The notes under the pieces were generated by a model. It was not told the origin of the DNA. It saw only the letters and a list, made by a program, of their open reading frames with translations, and did no database searches. Below, piece after piece: positions 28,408 through 38,282 of a stretch of 64,000 nucleotides of DNA; positions within the stretch are counted from its first letter, which is position 1; every line of letters starts with the position of its first letter. The position numbers were made by a program, and so were the translations under genes. The stretch comes from an uncultured delta proteobacterium. GTDB taxonomy: Bacteria; Desulfobacterota; Binatia; Binatales; Binataceae. The DNA lies in contig CAVUUH010000036.1 in the NCBI GenBank assembly GCA_963744545.1, positions 141,880-205,879 on the forward strand, written 5' to 3'.

Positions 28408-30055
28408 AGAAAAACTCGACGTCGTCGGATGCGGCAGCATGGTCGTCGACCTGTTCTACCGCACGCCGCGGATCATCCGCGCCGACGAAAAGATTTTACT
28501 GCGCGCGCATACCGCGAGCGCCGCGATTGAACGCACCCAGGTCGGCGGCCTCGTCCTGAATCACGTCGGATGGGGCCGAATCCTCGGCCTTAAGACCGGC
28601 ATCTTCGGCAAGATGGGCGACGACCGCAACGGCGAGTTCTTGCGCGACGGGATGGACCGCCTCGGGATCCGACATCACCTGACCTTCGACGGCACCGCGA
28701 CCGCGTTCGCAACCATCTTCGTCGACGCCGCCGGCGATCGCGCTATCTACATGGCGCGCGGCGCGACCGGCGAGCTCACTCCCGCCGAGGTCCGCAATCG
28801 TCACGGCGCATTCATCCGCCGCGCCAATCTCGTCTCAACCGAAATTTCGCAGCTCCCGCTCCGCACCGTGATCGCGATCCTGCTTTTCGCGCGTACCCAT
28901 TCGATTCCGACGATTCTCGACGTCGACGTGCCACCCTCCGACGCCATCGGATCGCTCGGCACGCGCGCCGAACTCGAGCGCGCATTGAAACTCGCGACCT
29001 TCCTCAAGCCCTCGAAGGCTGCAGCGCGCGAGATCGCCGGCAACGGCCGCGATCCTCTGAAAATTGCCGACGCAATTCGCGCGAAGTACGGCAATCGCGC
29101 CGTCATCATCACTGAGGGCGACAAGGGATGCTCGATCGCGGCGCGCGACACTTCGGTTCGCGTGCCCGCGTTCAAGGTCAAGCAGGTCGACTCGACCGGG
29201 GCCGGCGACGCGTTCCTCGCCGGCATCTGCGCCGGCCTCCGCCTCGGCCTGCCATGGGAAAAGATCGGACGTCTCGCCAATGCCGCGGGCGCTGTCGCCG
29301 TCACGCGACTCGGTGCGTTCCCGTCAGGCTTCGAAGTGCGCGAGGAAATTCTCGACGTCTACGCGGAGCCGCTCGCGCTGCCGACTCCGCGCCTCGACGC
29401 CGAGCCGCGCGAGGCCGCGATCGGCGACTCGACCGGCGAGGTAGGGAAATTCTTCGACCTCGCACTCACCGAGCTCGCCGCGCTGCGCGGCGGCTTGAAC
29501 ATCGCGGCCATCTCGCGCACCGTCGAGATAATTCGCACCGCGCTCGGCCGCGGCGGCCGCGTGCACGTGACCGGAGTCGGCAAGCCCGAGCACGTCGCGC
29601 GCTACGCCGCCAGCGTGTTCTGCTCGGTCGGCACGCCCGCGACTTTTCTGCACGCGACCGAGACCCTGCACGGCAGCCTCGGCCAGGTGCATCCGCGCGA
29701 CATCGTAATCGCGATTTCCAACAGCGGCAGCACCGACGAATTGCTCTCGACCGCTACCGCCATCCGCGAGCAAGGCGCGCAGCTGATCGCAATCACCGGC
29801 AACAAAGACTCGAGCCTCGCGCAACTCGCCGACCTGGTGATCCACGTCCCCGTCCCCAACGAAGGCGGCGGGCTCGGCCTCGCCCCGCGCATCAGCGTGC
29901 TCGGCGAAGTCTTCGTGCTCGCGGGACTGTCCGTCGCGTTGGAACTAGCCCACGGCCTGACGGTCGAGGAATATTCCCGATGGCACAGAGCAGGCGCAAT
30001 CGGCGAAGCCGCCCGCCGCCTCGCCGAAACCCGGACCACCAGCCGCCGCGCGTAA
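28400..30055 (+). CDS. bifunctional PfkB-family sugar kinase / SIS (sugar isomerase, KpsF/GutQ-like) domain protein
   Basis: Ribokinase-like N-half (…DSTGAGDAF…) and SIS C-half (…GVGKPEHVARY…ISNSGSTDELL…). The start overlaps the stop of the upstream gene (ATGGCTGA). Confidence 0.65.
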   Translation: MAEEKLDVVGCGSMVVDLFYRTPRIIRADEKILLRAHTASAAIERTQVGGLVLNHVGWGRILGLKTGIFGKMGDDRNGEFLRDGMDRLGIRHHLTFDGTATAFATIFVDAAGDRAIYMARGATGELTPAEVRNRHGAFIRRANLVSTEISQLPLRTVIAILLFARTHSIPTILDVDVPPSDAIGSLGTRAELERALKLATFLKPSKAAAREIAGNGRDPLKIADAIRAKYGNRAVIITEGDKGCSIAARDTSVRVPAFKVKQVDSTGAGDAFLAGICAGLRLGLPWEKIGRLANAAGAVAVTRLGAFPSGFEVREEILDVYAEPLALPTPRLDAEPREAAIGDSTGEVGKFFDLALTELAALRGGLNIAAISRTVEIIRTALGRGGRVHVTGVGKPEHVARYAASVFCSVGTPATFLHATETLHGSLGQVHPRDIVIAISNSGSTDELLSTATAIREQGAQLIAITGNKDSSLAQLADLVIHVPVPNEGGGLGLAPRISVLGEVFVLAGLSVALELAHGLTVEEYSRWHRAGAIGEAARRLAETRTTSRRA

Positions 30056-30164
30056 CGCCTGCAGCGCACGGCGCTCGAAGAGAGCTAACACTTTGCGACT
30101 TCATCGTGGACCGCTTGAAATGTTAGCGTCGAGTTTTCAAGCCTGAGAAGGAAGTTACGCGAGC

Positions 30165-31148
30165 ATGAAAGTCCTGGTCACGGGAAGTTCCGGCCATCTC
30201 GGCGAGGCGCTCGTCCGTACTTTGAGGGACTTGCAGCACGAGGTTGTCGGCCTCGACATCCTCGAGTCGCCGTTCACGACTTGCATCGGCTCGATCAACG
30301 ATCGCGAATGCGTCAGGCGCTGCATGACCGGCGTGCAAGCAGTGTTTCACGCAGCCACGCTGCACAAGCCTCATGTCGCCACACACAGCACTCAGGACTT
30401 CGTCGACACCAATATCACCGGCACGCTCAATCTGCTCGAAGCGGCAGTGACGACAGGTGTCGAGTCGTTTGTCTTCACTAGCTCAACCAGCGTGCTTGGC
30501 GACGCGCTGGTGCCGCCGGCCGGCGCACCGGCCGCATGGGTGACCGAGGACATCACGCCAATTCCCAAGAACATCTACGGGGTCAGCAAGTCGGCGGCAG
30601 AGGATCTTTGCCAGTTGTTTCATCGAAACAAAGGTCTTGCATGCGTCGTGCTGAGAACGTCGCGATTTTTCCCGGAAGACGACGACAACAAGGCTGTGCA
30701 GGACGCTTACGCGGACGACAACATCAAGCTGAACGAATATCTCTACCGGCGAGTGGACCTGGAAGACGTCGTGAGCGCGCACTTGTTAGCCGCTAAGTGC
30801 GCACCGGCGATCGGTTTCCGCCGGTACATCATCAGTGCTACGACGCCCTTCTCTCCCGCCGATTTACCGGAATTGCGTGTTGATGCTGCGCAGGTGGTGC
30901 GGCGTTACTTTCCTGACTATGAGGCGGAATATACGCGGCGAGCCTGGAGAATGGTTCCAGGCATCGACCGCGTTTACGTCAACGATCGGGCTCGAAAGGA
31001 ACTCGGTTGGCAACCGCGATATAGTTTCAAGTTCATCATTGATCGTCTGCGGGCGGGCGAGGACATCAGGAGTCCACTGGCCCGGTTGGTTGGGTCAAAG
31101 GGATATCACACCGAGAAGTTTGCCGAAGGGCCCTATCCAGTGGAATGA
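30165..31148 (+). CDS. NAD-dependent epimerase/dehydratase (extended SDR) family protein
   Basis: MKVLVTGSSGHLGEAL… Rossmann N-terminus; YxxxK present (YGVSK). Confidence 0.75.
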   Translation: MKVLVTGSSGHLGEALVRTLRDLQHEVVGLDILESPFTTCIGSINDRECVRRCMTGVQAVFHAATLHKPHVATHSTQDFVDTNITGTLNLLEAAVTTGVESFVFTSSTSVLGDALVPPAGAPAAWVTEDITPIPKNIYGVSKSAAEDLCQLFHRNKGLACVVLRTSRFFPEDDDNKAVQDAYADDNIKLNEYLYRRVDLEDVVSAHLLAAKCAPAIGFRRYIISATTPFSPADLPELRVDAAQVVRRYFPDYEAEYTRRAWRMVPGIDRVYVNDRARKELGWQPRYSFKFIIDRLRAGEDIRSPLARLVGSKGYHTEKFAEGPYPVE

Positions 31149-31195
31149 AGGCCGGTTCATCCACGCTGGAACTTTCGCCTCGGCCTGCGTAGCCC

Positions 31196-31900
31196 CTACT
31201 TTCGCGACGCGGGTTTGAGTGCGACGGACGCTTCCGACGTCAACAGGAGGAAGGTCATCGATTCCTGGAGGTACAGGCCCACGTTTTTGTCGTCGTGGCG
31301 CAGATACCCAATCGAGACGTCCTGGCCGAGATGCAACTCGAAGTCGCCGCCGCGTGTCGTCAACACGAACGCTCCAGCGATCGCAGGCGCGAAGATGATC
31401 TCGTCGTTGACCAGCCGCTGGATGTGCTGGATAACGGGATAGCCGTGATCGCTGGCCTCGCTCAGCGCCGTGTACGCATCCGCGCCCATCACCACCGAAT
31501 ACGGCCCGTTGACGCCCGCGAGGCGCAGTTGGCTCAGCGCCTCGGCAACGGCGTCCGGATAATGAGCCGGGTCGCCGGGCAGCGCCGCGATTTTGTTGCT
31601 GGTCCCTTGCCGAATGCCTTCGATTCCGGCGGCGGCGTATCCTTCGAAGATCGCGCGGTCTTCGGCGAACGCTATCCGCTTCGCCGCATCTTTCAGCGGT
31701 TGCCAGTCCGAATCATTCGCGCCGCGATCGACGTCATCGATCGCCTGCCGATCCAGTTGGAATGGAGCGCGGATCGGATGTGTCAGGTTGCGGCGGCGGG
31801 CGGGGTCAGGCCGGGTTCGGCCGCCGTAGGGGGCCGTCCACCCCAACATGAACACCGGCCTGCGGAACCAATGGAATGGCCGGCGTTCAGGAATTCCGGG
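31196..31900 (-). pseudogene. family-1 encapsulin (Linocin M18) shell protein, 5'-truncated remnant lacking about 25 N-terminal residues
   Basis: The C-terminal ~220 aa align closely to M. tuberculosis Cfp29/encapsulin (…DDVDRGANDSDWQPLKDAAKRIAFAEDRAIFEGYAAAGIEGIR…GPYSVVMGADAYTALSEASDHGYPV…TTRGGDFELHLGQDVSIGYL…). Homology stops where the tcuA stop (31929) is reached. Confidence 0.75.
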
Positions 31901-31928
31901 CCCGGCCCTGCGCGCCGTCCCGGAATGG

Positions 31929-33431
31929 CTAGCCGGGGGCGACCTGCTTGCCGGCGCTGGTGCCGGCGATCTTGCCGAACACCGAGCCCGACACCAGGCC
32001 CGGTGCCGCCCGGGTAGTTGTGATAGAACAGCCCGCCGACCAGCTCGCCGGCCGCATAGAGCCCGGCGATCGGCTTCTGCGCGGTGTCGAGCACGCGGCC
32101 GTCGGTGTCGATCCGCACCCCGCCAAAGGTGAAGGTGACGCCGCAGGTCGTGCAGATACGCCTCGTAGGGCGGCTTTTCGAGCGGCATCGCCCAGTTGGT
32201 CTTGTCGATCGCGAGGCCCTTGGTGGTGCGCCCGTCCTTGACCGTCGGGTTGTAGGGGATGTCGCGTTGGACCGCCGCGTTGTAGTCGGCGATCGTCTTG
32301 AGGAACGCCGCTTTGTCGACCGGCGCGTACTCGGCCATCTTGTCGGCCAGCTCCTCGATCGTGTCGGCGGTCACCTTGGTCACCTGGCGGATGCGGTATT
32401 CGTCGCGCTGCAGATGCACGACCTGCTGGTCGAAGATCTGCCAGGCGAACTGGTGCGGCTGGTTCAGGATCTCGCGGCCGTATTTGGCGTAGGTGTAGTT
32501 GCGGAAATCGGCGCCCTCGTCGCAGAACCGCTCGCCGTCGGCGTTGACCATGATGGCGAACGGGTAGGAGTGCTTCTGGAAATTGTCGCCGACCGCGAGG
32601 TCGCCGAATTCCGGCGCGTTGTAGTCCCAGCCGACCGCATGGCAGCCCGACCAGTTGCCGTACGGCATCGCGCCGATCTCCAGCGCCATCTTGATGCCGT
32701 CGCCGGTGTTGAAGCGGGTGCCGCGCACCTTGGCGAGGTCCCAGCCGGGGCCGAGATAGCGGGTGCGCATCTCGGCATTGGCCTCGAACCCGCCGCAGGC
32801 CAGCACCACCGCCTTGGCCGCGGATCTCGGTGGTCTTGCCCTCGACATTGGCGACGACGCCGTGGACGCCGTCATCGTCGGCGATCAGCTTCTCGCCGCG
32901 CGCCTCATAGGCGACCTCGATGCCGCGGTCCTCGGCCGATTTGAACAGGCCCTCGACCAGCCCCGGCCCGCCGCCCCAGGCTTCCAGCGCGAGCCCGCCC
33001 CAGAACACGAACTTGCCGTCGTGCTTGAAGGCCTGGCGCGAATACATCGGCGCGAAGCGGATGCCCTTGCCGCGCATCCACAGCAGCGTCTCCTGGCTCT
33101 AGGTGATCAGCAGCTCGGCCATGTCGGGGTTCGACTGCGGTAGTCGGTCAGCCGGCCGAGATCGTCGTAATACTTGTCCTGCGTGTAGGTGCCGAAATCG
33201 CTGGTCGCCATCTCGGTCTCGGTGAGGTCGCAGAGCTTCAGCAGATCGTCGACGCCGTTATAGACAAAGCGCAGCGCGCCCGGCGGTGTAGCGGCTGTTG
33301 CCGCCGCGCTCGTCGAACGGCGCCGCTTCCAGCACCAGCACCCGCGCGCCCTTCTCCTGCGCCGCCAGCGCCGCGCACATGCCGGCATTCCCCGCGCCGA
33401 CCACGACGACATCGTATTCGCCCGAAATCAT
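31929..33431 (-). pseudogene. tcuA: tricarballylate dehydrogenase TcuA-like FAD flavoprotein with at least 5 frameshifts
   Basis: The N-terminus is MISGEYDVVVVGAGNAGMCAALAAQEKG. Successive segments fall in different frames (…GALRFVYNGVDDLL…; …RGIRFAPMYSRQAFKHDGKFVFWGG…; …VVLACGGFEANAEMRTRYLGPGWDLAKVRGTRFNTGDGIKMALE…; …IDTDGRVLDTAQKPIAGLYAAGELVGGLFYHNYPGGTG…; …GLVSGSVFGKIAGTSAGKQVAPG*). Confidence 0.75.
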
Positions 33432-33811
33432 CCCGCTTCCTCCGCTTTGGCTCTCGCCGCGAACGAGTAGCGCGGCGAGCGCGGCCGAGGCAAGCCCCGC
33501 CCCGGCTACGGCGCGATCCGCACCAGCACTCGCGAGTTTTCGCAGATGCGCGGGTTGACGGTGCCGTCCGAGAACGTGACGGTCTCGACATCCGGCTCGG
33601 TGGTGGCGAGAACCAATGTTCGGTTGTCCGCGGACAGGGTGCCCGCCAGACGCACCAGGTCGATCGTGAAGGTCTGGCCGGTCCGAGGCCCGGTCAGCAC
33701 CGTCCCGGCGACATTGGCCGCCCTGGTTTTTACCTGGTTGTTGGGGCCGACCGAACCGGCGCGGCCCGGGCACGGGCTTGCGCGAGCCCGGGGCGGTGCA
33801 CAGCTTAGCGG

Positions 33812-34598
33812 CATGACGCTCTCGGCGACCGATCTGCAGACCCTCGCGGCCGCGGTGCGGCGGCTCGAAAGCCCAAGTTTTGCCGGGCGCCTGGCGGCAT
33901 TCGCCGGCAAGCCCGTCGCCTGGGTCGGACGGGCCTTGCCGGCGGCGGCCTCGGCGGTCGTGGCGCGGGCCGCGACGCGGGCGCTCGACCGTGCGCTCGA
34001 GGTCGCGCTCTACAGCCTGCGGACGCGGCGATTCGCCGGCGGGCGCCGGGTTCACTCCGCCCTCGCGTCGGCCTCGGGGGCAGTCGGCGGCGCCTTCGGG
34101 CTGCCGGCGCTGGCGCTCGAGCTGCCGGTGTCGACGACGATCATATTGCGGGCGATCGCGGCGATCGCCAGCGAAGAAGGCGAGGACCTCGGCGATCCGC
34201 GCACCGGGCTCGCCTGCCTGGAGGTGTTCGCGCTCGGCGGCGCGGCGCCCGGCGCCGAGGCGGCGGAGACCAGCTATTTCGCGGTTCGCGGCCTGTTGAC
34301 GCGAGCCCTCGCCGAGGCCGCCGACATCGTCGTCGACAAGGGTATGGTGCGCCAGGGCGCGCCGCTGCTGGCGCGTTTTTTCGGGCCTCATCGCCGCGCG
34401 TTTCGGCGTCGTCGTCTCCAAAAGGCGGCAGCGCAGGCGGTCGCGGTCGTCGGCGCGTTCGGCGGGGCGGCGATCAATCTGTTGTTCATCGAGCATTTCC
34501 AGGAGCTGGCGCGCGGCCACTTCACGATGCGCCGGCTCGAACGCGCCTACGGCGCCGAGACCGTGCGCGCCGAGTACGACAGGCTCAGATCGGCATAA
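33812..34598 (+). CDS. EcsC-family protein
   Basis: MTLSATDLQTLAAAVRRLESPSF…GLPALALELPVSTTIILRAIAAIASEEGEDL…VFALGG…ETSYFAVRG…FQELARGHFTMRRLERAYG matches EcsC. Confidence 0.7.
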
Positions 34599-34778
34599 AG
34601 ACACACGTCACCGCAGAGGGCGCGGCGGATGCGCAGAGGGCGCCGATGCCTCCGCGTCCTCTGCGAAGCCTGGCGGCGCGTGCGGTAAGGCGTTATCTTT
34701 GCTCGCGATGACGACCACCGCCTTCTTCGGAGCAGAGCACCGGACCGTCGCGATGATCGCGGCAGCGCATCTGCGCCG

Positions 34779-35381
34779 ATGACCGATCCCCGCATCGCCG
34801 AGTTGCTGGCGGCGCGGCTGTGCCACGAGCTGGTCGGGCCGATCGGCGCGATCGGCAACGGTGTCGAATTGCTGACCGAGGACGGCGCCGATTTCGCGGC
34901 CGACGCCGTCGCGCTGATCGGCGACAGCGCCCGCCAGGCGGCAAGCCGGCTGCAGTTCTACCGCTTCGCGTACGGCTTCGACCGCGCCCACGGCGCCGCC
35001 GGGCCGGTGCCATACGAACTGGCCGCCGCGTTCTTTCAGGGGACGCGGGTCGCCTGCAATTACCATGACGGTGTGCGGGCGCTGCCGCTCGACCAGCAGA
35101 AGCTCGCCTGCAACATGCTGCTGTGCGCCGCCGAGGCGTTGCCGCGCGGCGGGAAATTGCTGGTCGCGGCGAGCGCCGCCGGTCCGCAGATCGAGGCGGG
35201 CGGCGACGGCGCCGCGCTGTCGCCGGAAACGCGCGCCGGGCTGGCGCTGGCAACGCCGTTCGGCGAGCTCAGCTCGCGCACCGTGCAGGCGTATTTCACC
35301 GGCCTGCTGGCGCAAGCCATCGGCCGCCGCATCGCGGTCGAGGCGCAGACCGGGTGTCTGCGCCTGACCCTCAGCCCTTGA
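34779..35381 (+). CDS. chpT: ChpT-family histidine phosphotransferase
   Basis: LAARLCHELVGPIGAIGNGVELL HPT-like helix and C-terminal HATPase-like remnant, as in alphaproteobacterial ChpT. Confidence 0.65.
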   Translation: MTDPRIAELLAARLCHELVGPIGAIGNGVELLTEDGADFAADAVALIGDSARQAASRLQFYRFAYGFDRAHGAAGPVPYELAAAFFQGTRVACNYHDGVRALPLDQQKLACNMLLCAAEALPRGGKLLVAASAAGPQIEAGGDGAALSPETRAGLALATPFGELSSRTVQAYFTGLLAQAIGRRIAVEAQTGCLRLTLSP

Positions 35382-36885
35382 GTACGAGCGTTATATCGGT
35401 GCCGCCGGCGCCGTCGCGCGACAGCGCGAACGCGGAGGCGCCGGGGTAGGTCGTCGACACGTGCAATTGCGTCACCGGCGTGCCGGCGTTGGTCAGGCTC
35501 AGCACCCCGTAGGAATAGCTGTAGCCGGTCGCCCGCACCCGCGCGAGGTCGATCGTATCGCCGGGCTGGAAGCCGAAGACCGCACCGGCAAATTGGCGTG
35601 GCCGGTCGAGCTTCAGCGTCTCGTAGGCGGCGGTGAAGACGACGCCGACGCCGCTGCCGACCGGGCCGCGGAATTCTGCCGAGGCGTAGCTGCCGATGTA
35701 GATCCCGATATAGGCGCTGGGGGCGACCGCCCGGAACACCCAGGCGGCCCCCGGATCGATACTGACGGCGCCGAAATTGGTGAAGCTGACGCCGAGCCAA
35801 CTAAGCGTGCCCGGATTGTACCCCGCCGCCAGCTCCAGGGTGCTGCCGTAGCCGGCGACGACGCCGACGAACACCGCCCCCGGGTCGACGACCAAGAGGT
35901 CGGCGCTGCTGGCGAACGACAGCGCAGTCCCGCCGTAGCCGATGACCGTGCCGGCATTGGTGACGACCGCGCCGGCGCCGGGCGCCGAGATGCCGACATA
36001 GCCCATGATCGTCCCGTAATTGACGACCGCGGGATAGGCCGCGCCCGACGAGGCGTTCATGACGACGCCCGTCTGGGTGCCCGCGATCAGCCCGTAGCCG
36101 CCGTTCACCAGGGCGCCGCCAGGCGAGACCGAGACAGCGGTGTAGAGGGTGGCCTCGATTGTCCCGTAATTGTTTAGATTGGCGCCGCCGACGCCCTGGA
36201 CGAGGACGCCCGAGGAGGCGATCAGACCGTAATTGGCGGCGGTCGCGAAACTGACCAGCCCGGCATAGATCATGCCCGAATTGACGAGGCTCGTGCCGGA
36301 GATGTTGTCCGACGTCGCGATCGAGCCCGAGTTGGAGAGGGTTCGGGCCGAGAAGAAGCTCGGATAGGAGCCGCTGCTGACCGCGATCGCGCCGGAATTG
36401 GTCAGCGCCTCGACCCGGATTCCATATGCCGTGCTGTCGATCGCGCCGCTGTTGGTCACCGTGGCGACCGCGACGCCGCCGGTCAACATGCCGAAATTCA
36501 CCAATGCGCTGGTCGGACCCGGCAGTGAAACGCCGTAATTGCCGCCGGTGACAACGCCGTAATTGACCACGCTGCCGGCGATGCCGCCGGTTGCGACACC
36601 GACGCTGCCGCCCGTGATCACGCCGCCGCCGCCGTTGACGACGAGCCCGCCCGCCGCCAGGTCGACACCGACGCCGGATGCGCCGTTGCCCTCGACCGTG
36701 CCCAGATTGGTGACGGTCCATTGCGCTATCGCGGTGCCGAAAACCGCTGTACCGATATTGACGACGGGGATCCCGGCGGCGATCGTCGTCGGGTTCTGCG
36801 TCGCTGGGTAGTTCAGAACGATGCCCGCCACCCGCCGCTCCGCGATGTTACGGTTCCCCTCGGACCGTCCCGCCAATCGCCTCAT
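35371..36885 (-). CDS. Gly-rich repeat protein of about 504 aa with ~20-residue periodic repeats (…NYGTI…, …NSGAI…, …NAGTV…) suggesting a β-helix, and no obvious signal peptide
   Basis: An intact long ORF in a 70% GC background with internal periodicity. It is convergent with chpT and overlaps it by 10 nt. Confidence 0.4.
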   Translation of the reverse strand: MRRLAGRSEGNRNIAERRVAGIVLNYPATQNPTTIAAGIPVVNIGTAVFGTAIAQWTVTNLGTVEGNGASGVGVDLAAGGLVVNGGGGVITGGSVGVATGGIAGSVVNYGVVTGGNYGVSLPGPTSALVNFGMLTGGVAVATVTNSGAIDSTAYGIRVEALTNSGAIAVSSGSYPSFFSARTLSNSGSIATSDNISGTSLVNSGMIYAGLVSFATAANYGLIASSGVLVQGVGGANLNNYGTIEATLYTAVSVSPGGALVNGGYGLIAGTQTGVVMNASSGAAYPAVVNYGTIMGYVGISAPGAGAVVTNAGTVIGYGGTALSFASSADLLVVDPGAVFVGVVAGYGSTLELAAGYNPGTLSWLGVSFTNFGAVSIDPGAAWVFRAVAPSAYIGIYIGSYASAEFRGPVGSGVGVVFTAAYETLKLDRPRQFAGAVFGFQPGDTIDLARVRATGYSYSYGVLSLTNAGTPVTQLHVSTTYPGASAFALSRDGAGGTDITLVLKG

Positions 36886-36921
36886 AGTAAAGGATTCGGG
36901 GTAGCTTCCAATTAACGGGGA

Positions 36922-38168
36922 TCAGGCGGGCGCCCGAGCAGCTGCTGGCGGAGGTCCGGTTCGCGCAGCAGCTGGCCCACCGGTGCAGGCGACGCGTTGA
37001 CGGCGTCGGCATATCTCTTCGGGCCGCCAAAGCGCTCCAGCGTTTCCGGCGGCACAAATTTGATCAGCAGATCGCGGTGCCCGGCGGCACCCGACGAAAT
37101 GCACCATCAGCATGTCGTGGTCGCGAGCAGCAGCATCGACAGCGCCGCGGACGGCTTCGTAGGGCACGACCGGCGGCCCGCTCGAGCCGCCCCGCTCCAT
37201 CGCGATCTCGAGGATGTCGTCGGCCGGGATCTGCACCGTCGTCGGCGTCTCGCGCAGGCGGTTGCCGAGCAGCGGGCGCAATTCGGCGGCGATTGTCTTG
37301 GTCGTGGCGATCAGCGCCTGCACCCGCGCCGGATCGTATTCCTCGAGGGTCCGCACGACGGCCGGATACAGCGCCTGCCGGGCTTCCATGCCGAATTCGA
37401 AGCCCTTGGCGCGGATCCGGCCGACCAGGTCGTTGCGGCCGGCGAGCAGGCCGAAGCGCGGGCCTTGCGTGCCGTATTTGTCGAGCCCGGTGGCGCCGAT
37501 ATCGCCACCGAGCTGCAGCATGCGCGGCTGCCCGAAAGCGGCGGGGCCGACCCGCGCGCCGCCGGCGTCGTCGACATAGACGAGCGCGCCCTTGTCGTGC
37601 GCCAGGCGGACGATCGTGCGGATTGCCTCGAACGGCATCAGATCGTAGGTGACGGCGAGCCGGGTCAGCACGACGAGCGCCACCTTTCGCTCGCTCGCGA
37701 TCGCGTCGCGGAAGGCGGCGAGGCCGGCGGTGTCGATAAAGCGCGTCTGGGCCTGCGCGGCGGCACGCACGACCGAGGGATGGCTGTGCGATTCCGACAC
37801 CCCGATCACGACCTCGCCCGGCTTGACCAAAGTCAGATGCGTCGCCATCGTCGCCCCGGTCAGGCGGTTGAACACGGCAACGTCGTCGCGGTCGGGCGAC
37901 CCGCCCAGATGTTCGAGGGTCAGCGTTTTCAGCCGCTCCAGCACAGGGCCGGGGCGATCTCGTCGTCGGCGAACTCCAGCTCCGCCGGCGCCAGCGGCAG
38001 CCCATGCTCGAGGCCGGTGAAGATGTAGACGGCCTCGGGCCCGCTCTCACGGATCAGCCCCCAAGCCCGCTGCAGTTTGCGGAAATCATCCTCGGTGCCC
38101 TTCAGGATGTCGCCGCGCGCATAGGACAGGCTCGGCGCATGGGTGTTGCCGAAGCGATCGACGGTCAT
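36922..38168 (-). pseudogene. SelA-like PLP-dependent enzyme family protein with frameshifts near 37940 and 37080
   Basis: The N-terminal piece MTVDRFGNTHAPSLSYARGDILKGTEDDFRKLQRAWGLIRESGPEAVYIFTGLEHG is in one frame. The core is in another (…VVIGVSESHSHPSVVRAA…GGDIGATGLDKYGTQGPRFGLLAGRNDLVGRIRAKGFEFGMEA…), resembling the SelA-type GDKLLGGPQAG segment. Confidence 0.4.
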
Positions 38169-38282
38169 GCGAACTCTCCCTATGCGGTCATCGCGAGCGC
38201 AGCGAAGCAATCCCGAAGATCAGAGTACCGCCTGATCGAGATTGCTTCGCCGCTGCGCGCCTCGCAATGGCACGGTGTGCCC

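Noticed and set aside
31929-33431. TcuA as an encapsulin cargo
   Set aside because: The TcuA C-terminus (…GSVFGKIAGTSAGKQVAPG) is the ordinary end of this enzyme family, not an appended cargo-loading peptide. TcuA is not a known cargo class. Adjacency alone is insufficient.
33258-34604. 448-aa minus-strand ORF, and many other long Arg/Ala/Pro-rich ORFs in the 31-64 kb half (for example 21835..23253, 37064..38050, 34693..35253, 42859..44667, 43997..44833 downstream part)
   Set aside because: These are typical antisense or out-of-frame read-through ORFs of 70% GC DNA. Their composition (poly-R/A/P/G) is non-protein-like, and each overlaps a well-supported gene on the other strand or frame (EcsC, Lhr, SelA-like and so on). 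Only the last 57 codons of 33258..34604 are real, as the TcuA N-terminus.
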